From: Azolla caroliniana
Lineage: Eukaryota; Plantae; Polypodiophyta
Direction: 5' to 3'
Assembly: GCA_043228905.1 (NCBI GenBank)
Contig: JBHGNT010000007.1
Coordinates: 13,888,001-13,952,000 of the forward strand
Length of the DNA: 64,000 bases
Shown here: piece by piece, positions 37,709 to 48,400 of the stretch
Layout: each line of letters opens with the position of its first letter
How positions within the stretch are numbered: position 1 is the first letter of the stretch
Made by a program: the position numbers and the translations under genes
The notes under the pieces: model-generated
The model's database searches: none
What the model saw: the letters and a program-made list of their open reading frames with translations, nothing else
What the model was told of the DNA's origin: nothing

Positions 37709-40700
37709 TACAAAACGTGTTTTCTGTTGTAACCGCCGGTTGGTGAAGATACAGACCTCGAGGTCGTTGCCTTAGAGTCTTTGATTGTACCTTTCTCATA
37801 TAGTGATAGTTGGAGTTCGTGGGCTCTCGTGGTTTTTCCCATTTAGGGTTTTCCACGTAAACATCATGTGTCCTCTATCGTTGTTTGTGTGTGTATGTGC
37901 ATTCACTCCCTACTTCCCATTTCTATGTTTCATTCTCATTGAAGTGATTCAAGACTCAATTGTGGCCGAACCATATTCTGCTTTATTTCCGCACAAACTG
38001 GTATCAGAGCCAACAACACAGGAAATGGAAGAGTTGTTCGGTGGCATGTTCAAGCTCACCGGCTCCAACTACTCAATGTGGAAGTCCAAGATAAGGGACA
38101 TGCTGGTGGTTAAAGATCTTTGGTTGCCGGTACAGGTCGGGGACAAGAAACCGGATAAGATCGATGCCGCGACATGGGAGGTGATGCACATGAAGACGAC
38201 AACGTACATCCGGTGCTTCATCGACATGAGCCTCTACAACAACTTCAATGAAGAAAGTAAGGCTCATGAACTTTGGGAGAAGATCGACATCATGTTCCAG
38301 AACAAAAATACCGTTAATCGGGTTTCGGTATTCCGGAAGTTAGCGAGGCTCTGGTTCCAAGACGGCTCCAGTATGGTGGAGCACATGAATGCCTTCTAGG
38401 GGCTAATACACCAAGCCACCTCATTGGAAGTACCTCTCGCGGATGAGGTACTCGCATTGCTCCTGCTCGGTTCCCTCCCGGATAGTTGGGAGACGTTAGT
38501 TGTCAGGTTTGGCAACGACGGGCCGGAAGGAAAGCAGTTGTCCCTAGCAAGGGTAAAATCAAGCTTGCTAGATGAAGAAGCTCGAGGAAAGGACTGGGAC
38601 TCTGGAATCAATCCGAAGGCCTTGGTTACAGAAGATGACCACAACCGGGGAAGAGGCCGGTATCGGAGTCCCCAAATCCGGGACAAATTGGGGACAAGGT
38701 CGAAGTCAAGGGGGAGACCTACTTGCTTCTATTGTGGGAAGCTGGGGTGTTATATGTTTTAGGGTTAGGGTTAAGGATGATGATGATGATGAATGATAAC
38801 TATGATGATTGGTAATGAAGATAGACATGGTGATGGAGAGTATGATGGTGACAGAGATCATATAGAGAAGCATTGCGGGGTGGGGGGTGGTGCCTAGAAT
38901 GGCTCCACCCCCCTCCCAAGGGGGTTCAACGTGAGAGAGGGAGAGAGAAGAGAAAAGGTGTCAAAGAGAGAGAGATTAGAGAGAAAATGTTCATTCATAT
39001 TTCATTCATTCCCCATAAGGGGGTTAAATAGTACAAGAGGGGGTAGATACATAGGGGTGTAAGCCCCCTTGAGCATTCATACTGGACACTCACTCACACC
39101 TCCTCGTATCCATCCACATGCACACACGTGTGCATGTGTTCACATACGTATAGACTCACAATTACATTTATGCCCCCTACACATACACAACAACATCATG
39201 ATAACATTCGACCCTCGATCATCACACTTGACTCTCCATACATCTCGTACGGGGTAACACAATATGGCACGCCCGTGGGAAAGTGCCTTGCACGTCGATC
39301 CCACATGCCTTGATGATGATATTTCTTCGACCGGAACTTCCATCAGTCCTTTCAATGATCGACTCCCTCGATCAGAGTGCTTGACTCGAACATCTTTGTC
39401 GGTCAATGAATCTTCCGCGACACGAACCTTCTCGTTCTGTCGGCTTACGAACTTTGGTAACATCATTCGGCTCGTTAAAAAGACGTTGTATGTATGTGTG
39501 TTCTTCTTTGTATCTTGTGAGTTGTGTGTGGATCACGTCCATTTCTTTTAGGTAGATGAGTTTTCGAAATTGCCTCGTTGCCCTTTGGTTATTAAAACTC
39601 TAATATATACCCTCGAACTTTTGAATTTGCAATGGGTACCCTCAAGGTTTTGAAATTTGTTGCCCTTGTCTTTGTCTTTTCCTTTCTCCTTTCTGTTTTG
39701 TCTTCCTCTCTTTTGTCATTTTTTCTCTTCTTCCTGTGTGTTGGTCCATTTGTGTCTCCTTCTCTTCTCTTTCTTCATTTCTATTTCTCTGTCTCTCCCG
39801 GTTGCTTCTTTGTCTGTCCGTGGTTTTTGGTGTCTTTCTCTTCTTCCATGACATCTTTTTCTTCCTTCACTGTTCTTCTTCTTCCTTGCATTTCTCTTCT
39901 CTCTTCTTCTTATTTTCTGCATGTCTACCTCTTTCTTCTCTGTGTTGTCTTTGTTTTGGTTGTTGTGGTTGGTCGTTTGTCCAGCCCGTTTGGCCACTCC
40001 GGCCACTGTTCGGCTATTACGGCCGCTTCGGCAGTTCCTCGGCCACTCTTTGGTCGCTCGTCCGTCTCCATCTCCTGTCGTGGCCATCTCCGACCACTGA
40101 TGCCGTCCTTGTCCAGCCGCCTCCGTTCGGCCACTATGACCGCTCTTAGGTCGCTCTCCGGCCTCTCCTCCGTCTCTGTTGGTGTTCGGTTGTCATCCTC
40201 CTCTTTCGACCGTGCGTTCGGTCCGTCGTCCTGGCCGCCTCGTCCACTGTTCGACAATCGGTGTGGCCGCTCCCTTTCGGCCTCACCGGCCTTTTCCATC
40301 ATTGTCTCGGCCGCTGTCCGGCTGCCTCTGTTGTGGACTCCATCACCGTACCGTCTCTGTCGGTTCCTGTCTGTTTGAGTCCGCCTCTGTGTCTCCGGCT
40401 CTGTTGCTATCTCTGTACGGCCATAGTCCACTGTTGCTGCTTTTTGGCCGCTCGTCCGTCGCCTTGTCCGGCGTGTCCGTTCGTTCCAGTCATCCTCTCG
40501 TCGTTTGTCCGGTCGTCAGTTGTCTGGTACTTGTCCATCCGGCCCGTCTGGCTTTCTGTTCGGCCCGACCATCACTTTCTTTCCGGCCCTTCGATAATCT
40601 TTATTTGGCTATTTCGTGTATTTCTCAGTCCTTTGTCTTCGTCGCATGGCCTTGTTCGGTTGCTGCTCGTTGTTGTTCAGCCACTGCTCAAGCTAGTCTC

Positions 40701-41369
40701 TAGCAGTCATCGTCAGTGTTCAACCTCTCCTTTCGGTGGTTTTGGTATCTGGCTTCATCGGTTATCCGTTAGTTGCCGCTCTAGCCACTGTCCGGCCTAT
40801 CTGCCGGCTCCATCATCATCTCCAATCGTCTCCAATGCCATCTTTATCGGTTCGTTTGTCTGGCCGTCTTGATTTTCGTTCATCATTATCATGTATGGCG
40901 CCTGTCTTTTCTGTTGTGTTTGTATGTCTCTTCGTCTTCGTCCACTTCTTCCAGATAGTGCCATCATGCTCTTATCTTTATCTTTTCTTTTGCGATTAGA
41001 TTCAAGCCAAATAGACCCAACCTAACAAACAAAACACACTCAAAATATCGTTGATAGCAGCAAAATCGTGCAGTAGAGAACATGTCATTTCCCGCTTCAC
41101 TCACACATACTTTTGTTGAACATTGTCATCGTCATTTGCATGCTTCCGCCATTTCTTGCACTTAGTCGCTATGGCTTGCATTGCCGCACATCATTGCCAT
41201 CATTTGCCGCTTTTCTTGCATAATTCTGCAGTGAATAGTTATCGCGCCATCGTTCTTTCTTACATTTCCACCAGTTCTCACATATTGTCGATTTGATTTC
41301 GCGTTGATGAGGGTTGCATCATTCTTCGCCGCATATCATTCTTCGACTCCGTCTCCAAAGGGGGGTCGC

Positions 41370-41766
41370 TGTCTACGGAAGACACTTCACCAAAGGGGTG
41401 TTACGGCAATAGTTTTAGACCCAACGATTAATCCGACTTAATTAGGTTACTTAGCAAGATCGTCCTTAATAATCACATGCGTAAGATATAACAATGAATG
41501 CAGAACGGCAATTAACACAGAGATATAAAAAACACTAAGCTTCATTAATTATCCGTTGCTCATTACATTGTATCCAGGCCTTTAAATAGGTTTCCGGTTT
41601 GTAGTACAAAACGGTGCCATCCGCACCTGTTCGGGATCGGTTCGGATCTGTAACGGCATACCGATTCCGGTCCGTCCGTCCACACTAATAGCTTACTTAC
41701 AACCATTCCTAATAATTAAATAACTCCTTCGTTTCACACTCTGGACTCCTTTGCCGACTGGTAACA
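41370..41766 (-). repeat. third, internal LTR of the A family inside element B
   Basis: TGTC...TAACA, collinear with 6209-6609 (GACACTTCACCAA, GTAAGATATAACAATGA, TTCCGGTCCGTCCGTCCA). Confidence 0.85.
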
Positions 41767-41769
41767 CAT

Positions 41770-44700
41770 GGCACGCCCGTGGGACAGTACCTTGTACGTC
41801 GAATCCACCATCCGACCCTTGCTATTCTTCGTCCAAAATATCCAGAATGCTTTGTTCAAGAGTCTCCAATGGTTCATTTGGAATTGGTTGTTGTTGTTGT
41901 GGTTGCTACTGCTGCTCCGATGATGGTTGCTGCGACTGGTCCATTGGTGGCTGTTACGACTGTTCCTCCGTTGGTTGCTCTGACACCGGCGTTTCCATCG
42001 TTGCTCCCTCCATCGTAGTGGTCTCTGGTTGACTAGTTCCGGCCGGCGACGGTTCCTCATCACTAAGGTTAACCATTGCCGCTTCCCGTGCTTTTTCTTC
42101 CCGAACCCGGGACCGCTCGTAGCTCTCGAACTGGATTTGAGCGTCCAACCTATCATCGTCTAGCTGAGCTACGAGTTGCCAGACCTGCACCAGCTGTTCA
42201 TCCGCCAGGACTTGGAAGTCTTCGGCCAGCTCGTCCCGTATGGCGGTGAAGTCCTCGGAATTCAACGTGTAACAATCATCTCCTTCCTTCCGCCGGTTTT
42301 CCACGTTTTCCCGTAGCAATTGGAGTTCCGCCGTATTTTGTGCCCACTTTGTCCACCATCTTACGGAGCTTTCGTCAATCAAGCATTTTGTCTGATTCAG
42401 CCATGCTCGGAGGATGCACTGAATCCGGCCCGTTCCCATCTGCGATTTGATCTCTACAGCTTGTCGTTCGTCCTTCAATTGCTTGATGATTTTGACGTTA
42501 TCTTCTGCTTGCTCCTTGTAATGCGTCAATTGCCTTTGATATGTGCTTTGTAATTTTTGCAATACCGTTGACGCTCTCTCCCTTTCTTCCTGTTGTTGCC
42601 TCTAGAGCTCCATCCGGACCTTCTCCGCCTCGTCCAACCGTCTTGTATTTTCCGCTCGTTCGTCGACGAGCACTGTCGCAGCCTAATCAACTTCTTGTCG
42701 GAGCTCGGCCATCCTTTCCTTATGCTCCATTTCCAGCCGTTTGTAGTCCCGGTGCAGGTGCTCAAAATCATCTGTCTTTTGCTTGAGCCATACGTTGATC
42801 TGTCAACGGGCCCGGTCCTCGCGGTCCTTCTGTTGGCGGAGCTCCTCCTTTAGCCGTTCAATTTCCGTTTCTGCCGTCTTCCACAGCTTATCCTTTTCCT
42901 GCAGCACGTTGTCTTTTTCCTCCCTTAGCCGGTCGTACGCTTGATGGCCTTTCCGGAGGCTCTCCTCTGCCCGGCGGAGGTTCTCAGCAGTCTTCTTTAA
43001 TTCTGCTTCGGCCGCTGTCTTCAATTCCCGTTCATGGCTCCTTAGCGCATCTTGTGCGGCCAGTTCATCTCTCAATTCCGCAAGCTCCTATGTAGAAAGT
43101 AGCGTGCGGAAGCAAGTATAAAGACAGGACAGAAGGAAGAACACTCAGGTTTAATGGAGAGCTTGAGCTTACACAGTATACGCGGGGGAGACCGAGAGAG
43201 TGAGAGAGAAGACACCAAAAGAGAATGTGTGTATATTTCTGTATATAAAAACAACAACCAACATATATGTGTTCAATGAACACTTTGTACAAGTCCTAGG
43301 AGGACTGACCGAAGTACTGACAGTACTTCAATGCTCATTAAGAGCTCTTACACTAACTCCCAAATACCTCACGGAATATCTTTCCTAACGGCCTAACCGA
43401 TCGGTCCCAACCGATCTGGTCCTCGGCTTCTTCAGCCGATCCGGCCGATGTTGAGCTTGTCTCTCAACATCCTGGGCTTGCGCCGCATCTCTCTCTGGAA
43501 CGGTTTCCGTTGTCGGGGTCTTATTAGTATGTACAAGTTGCTCTGTTTCTTTATTCTGTACACTTACCAGAGTCACCGGTCATTGGACCTGTGTTGGCGT
43601 TAAGGCCATTTTGGCCATTTCTGCCGTGACCTGATCCAAGTCTTTTTCAAGGCACCGGATTCTGGATCAGGCCGTCTCTAGTTGTTCGGTTGTGACGAGC
43701 AACCATTCACTTTGCACTCGGTCTTCCGCCTCAATATACCCCACTGCTCCGGCAATCTGTTCGGCTATCCACCGGAGCCACAGGCTACCGGTGCATTGTT
43801 GTTGCGCTTGCACGGAGGTTTGACAGATGGGCTCATTTGTAGATGGGTGGTCCCACCTAATTGCGCCGAGTTGCAATTCCGTTTTTGCCCGTGAACCACC
43901 CTGATGTCCTGGTTCCCCTTGCGCTTCTTCTTGGTTGGCCGAGGGAGGCTGTATTGACCTTTCCGGCTCTAGCGGAATGGGACTTGTTGGTGCTGCCGGT
44001 GGTGCAGGGGCTTCTGATTCCGGTACCATGCGCACCGGTTCCGGTTCCTCCCTTCGCGCGGGAGTCTCAGTATGGGGAGCCGGTGTTCCCTCCGTCTAAG
44101 GGTCCGAACGTTTCCCGGCTGCCTCAACGGTCCTTGCCAGCGACCGTCGCTGGAGGTGCTCCGTAGGCTCCTCCTCTATTTCCTCTTCCTGAGTCTCAGT
44201 ATTGAGTTTCGCTGCCAAGGGGTCCGCTTCTCTATTCACTGAACGGTGGAGTGTAATCTTTACGGGCCGTACCGGTGGTTCCTCCTACGCATCCGTTGGC
44301 CACTTCAGGCTGGCGCTCTCCTTTCCCCCCTGTTCTGCGTCTGCCGCCTTCCCATTAGTAGCCTTAGAGGCCAACAACTGTTGTCTTTTGGAAGCAGTCT
44401 TTGGGGTGCCGTCCGCCACTCTTCCCCGCTTCTTGGGCTGGACGGGCTGGACGAGTGGCACAAGCAAGGTGAGCCACTGCGTTACTGCGTGCCATATCCT
44501 CTGTCCGTCTCGGCCTTCTTTGCCGTCTTTTCCTCTGACGATCTCGATCGCCGCACACAAACCATCTGCGATCAATACCGGCCAATCCACCTTGATCCCT
44601 TCATAGGTGGCGATGATCATCCCTGTCTGGTTCTGCGGCATGACAGGGGGTCTAGGGTACACATGGTCGTATTCGTGGAGCACACGGGCAATCTCGTGGA

Positions 44701-44989
44701 ACAACATATCTCCGCCGCCCTGTGTCCGGTAGCCTTTACTGGCTAGGGAGTACTCACCAAAATACATGATGAGTTGCTCCGAGGTCGGATTGTCAATCGT
44801 GAATATGCCTCCCTCCGGAAGGCCTGTTAACGCACGGATCGCCTCATCCGTTATGACCTCTTTGTCGATTTCTTTGATCACCTTGTCGGCTTCTTTGTGT
44901 GGCGGTGCCTCCATAATCGTCAAGAAGCCCTCGAGCCCGTGTTGCTTTAGCCATTTCTTGGCGGCTTCCGACAGCGTTTGCGGGTCCAT
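41770..44989 (-). pseudogene. extra 3' ORF of element B (~970 codons: globular N-terminus, Pro/Glu-rich linker, coiled coil)
   Basis: ORFs 44285-45085, 43667-44035, 43385-43576, 42803-43075 and 41954-42562 share one frame once the 297-bp insertion is removed. The stops look like C-to-T changes. Confidence 0.78.
43091..43387 (-). repeat. solo-LTR-like 297-bp insertion
   Basis: Starts TGTAGAAAG, ends CTTTCCTA, with TCCTA at both flanks. Removing it restores the extra-ORF frame. Confidence 0.65.
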
Positions 44990-45479
44990 GTCTGTGTCGA
45001 GGTCGGATTGTGGTGGCGAGGTTGGATGGTGATGAGAGTGAGATTGAGAGAGAGAGAGTTCAGAAAGCGGGGGTTCTCTATGCATAGGTTCTCGTCTGAT
45101 GATCTTCTAACGCCTTGGTGCTTCTATGCTCCTGGGTTCGCGAAAGTAGAGGGTCTCCACGCGTAGTGGTTTTTCTTTGTGCATTCTGGCGCCTTTTTTG
45201 AGCATGTGCATGTCGTGTACTAAAATAGCATTATGTCCTGTGGCAGCGCTTAAATGCCCACTACGTACCTTTTCGCTCCTCGCTCTCTCGTCCATTCATA
45301 CCTCGCTTTTGCATGATTACTTCACTTTTTTTTTTTTCATTTTTTTTTTCAATGTATTGTGAGGTAACTTGTCCGTTGGTCCTATCGGACCCTTACCGGC
45401 CTCATTACGGTTTGTCGTCACCTCCATCTTGGTGGTTGCCGTTTCCCTCACAGGTTGCCGTTTCCGCACCGGTTCCCGA

Positions 45480-48400
45480 TCAGGTATCGGTCCTTTGCTC
45501 AAATGGGTTCCTGGGCATCGGTCCTCTATATGGCTTCAATCTGAATCCGTTGACCCATTTGCCTAGCACTTCGCCGGCAAGTGTCCCTAACTGGTAGGAC
45601 CCATTATACTCATGTGTCAGCCAATACGGGCCGGTCCATCTAAACCGTAGTTTACCTGGCATCTTGCCCATCCGGGTCTGAAATACTAACACCGGCTTGC
45701 CGATTTCGAACATTTTTTCATTTCCTTTCCTGTGCCGGTCGACAAATGCTTTCCGTCGCCGTTGTTCCAATTCTAAGTGCAGGATGCTTGCCAGCCGTTG
45801 TTCCTCAAGTTCACACAGCGTTGTTAACCGTATTGCCTCCGACTCCTTCTCATTCAGCCGTTCCCGTAGTTGGATCTGTAAGCTTGGTACTTGGAATTCC
45901 ACCGGCATGACCGCCTCTAGTCCGAACGCTAACCGGAACGGTGTTGCTCGGATGCTCGTTTTGTATGTTGTCTGGTATGCCCAAAGTGCACTATGTAGCT
46001 TGGTATCCCAATTCGTTCGGTTTTCGTTGACGATCTTCCGGAGGATATTCTGGAGCGTTTTGTTCGTCGACTCAGCTAACCCGTTTCCTTGTGGATAGTA
46101 TGGTGTGCTCCGTTTATGGACAATGGCATAGAATGTCGTCAGGCTTTCAACTACTTGGCCGAGAAAGTGCCCCCCTTGGTCGCTTATTAATTCGATTGGG
46201 CATCCGTAATGGCACCAGATGTATTCGTATAGAAATTTTGCCGTTGACGCAACGATGTTGTCTCTTAAGGCTTTGGCCTCCACCCATTTCGTGCAATAAT
46301 CCGTCGCGACGATGACGTACCGATTACCTGTTCTCATTGCCGGTGGTTTGAACGGTCCAACAAAGTCCAGCCCCCACTTCTGGAATGGTTCGAGTGGTAG
46401 TACAGGCTAGTGTGGCATCCGAGCTTGGTCCGTTGGCTGGCCCATTCGCTGGCATAGGTCACATTCTTTTGTGTACCATACAACATCTCTTAATGTAGTT
46501 GGCCACCATAGGCCACTTTGCCATATTTTCCTGCTCGTCGCATCTCCGACATAGTGACCCCCGGCAACTCCGTAGTGGGCTTCCCTCAGTATAAGGTCCG
46601 CTTCATCGTTGCGCACAACCCGTCTCCATATGTCGTCCGCCCCCTTGTGGTAAAGTGTGTCTCGCAATAAGCAAAAATGTCGGCTTTGCACCGCCAGGCG
46701 TTTCCTTTCGTCCTGGTTCATCTCCTCTAGAGGTAGTCCTGTGCTCAGAAACTGGTGCATATTTGTGAGCCACTTGTCTTCCTGTGCCATCGTCTCATCT
46801 GCTGTCGTTTCCGTAGTGACTCGAAACAGCTCCGCATCCGGAAACCCGTCCGCTACTCCGTCGCCCGTCTCTCCAGACTCTAGTCGGCTTAAATAATCTG
46901 CTACGGCATGCTGTATACCGGGTCGGTGGAATATTTCTAACTCGAATTCCTGTAACAGTAAGGTCCACCGGGCCAACTTACCGGTGAGTGACGCCTTGGA
47001 CACCAGGTAGAGGAGTGTTGAATGATCTACATGGAAGGAAAACTTCCTTCCCAATAAATAATGCCGAAACTTTCTCACATTGTAGATCATCCCTAGGGCT
47101 TCCCGTTCCGTGGTAGAGTAGTTCCGTTCTGTTTGGGATAGCTTTCGGCTGGCATAGTACACTGGCCGGTACCACTTTGGCTCCGTAAGCTGCATCAGTG
47201 CGCTTCCGATTGCGATGTCGGAAGCGTCCACGAACACATGAAATTCTTTACTCCAATCCGGAGGCTGCACTACCGGTGCTTGCGACAATAGTACCTTGAG
47301 GGCCATATACGCCCTATCCTCGGTGTCCGTCCACTGGAATGGTGTTCGATGTACCGCGGCATGCAACGGTGTAGCCAGGTCAGCCAAGTATCGGAGCATC
47401 CGGCTGTGCCACCAAATCTAGCCTAAGAATCGGCTCAATGCCTTTGCTGTTACTGGCGCCGGTGCTTCTAATATGGCTTTCACTTTGTCCGGGTTGACTG
47501 CAATGCCTTCCTGGCTCACAATATGTCCTAGTAGGGTTCCATTGGACACGCCAAATACACACTTCGCCGGATTCAAGCTTAGCCGGTACGCTCTACACTA
47601 TTCTAGACAAAGACGGAGGTGCTGCAAATGATCCTCTTCCCGGCTATAGACGGCTAAATCGTCAAGGAAAACCTGCATAAAAGCTGGGATATATTCACCA
47701 AAGATTTCCATGATGATTCGTTGGAATGTTGCCGGTACCATTTTGAGTCCGAACATCATCACCACGGCCACAAACACCCCCATTCGGTGACAAAAGCCGT
47801 TTTCTCTTGGTCGTCGGGGTGCATCCGGATCTGATTATACCCGCTGAATCCGTTTAGAAAGCTATAGACCTCATGGCCGACGACGGCATCCAACACTCCA
47901 TCTGTGAACGGAAGTGGAAACACATCCGTTACCGTAGCCGCATTGAGTTTCTGGTAGTCCACACAAACTCGAGTTTTTCCGTTCTTCTTTGGTACGACTA
48001 CGATTGGGCTCAGCCATGTCGCTTTCTTTACCGGACGGATAAATCCAACTCTTAGCAGTTTGTCGATTTCCTCCTTGACTTTGGCGGCATAATTGGGATT
48101 CATCCGGTACCGTCTTTGTGCCACTGGTTTTGCATCCTTGCTCAAGTGAATCTGATGCTAGTATAACTGAGGGTCAAGCCCTCGCATGTCTTCGTATGAC
48201 CAGGCAAACACGTCACGAAATTCCGTGAGAAGTGTGATCATCACCGTTTTGTCTTCGGACCTCATCTCCTTGGCGATGTGCACCGGTTTTGTTTCGTCCG
48301 TGGTCCCTAGGTTCACCTCTTCAAGTTGCAATGCTTTTACGCGCTGTTAAACGGCCATTTCCCGTTCCAACGCTTCCTGAGCTTGTCGTAACTCTCGGAT

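Noticed and set aside
39265-39304. Bona fide tRNA gene
   Set aside because: Only the T-arm and acceptor 3' portion are present, with an inserted hairpin and encoded CCA. No D or anticodon arm is seen.
39632-40872. Hydrophobic or Ser-rich ORFs as membrane or env proteins
   Set aside because: By-product of CT-rich low-complexity sequence that is open in several frames on both strands.
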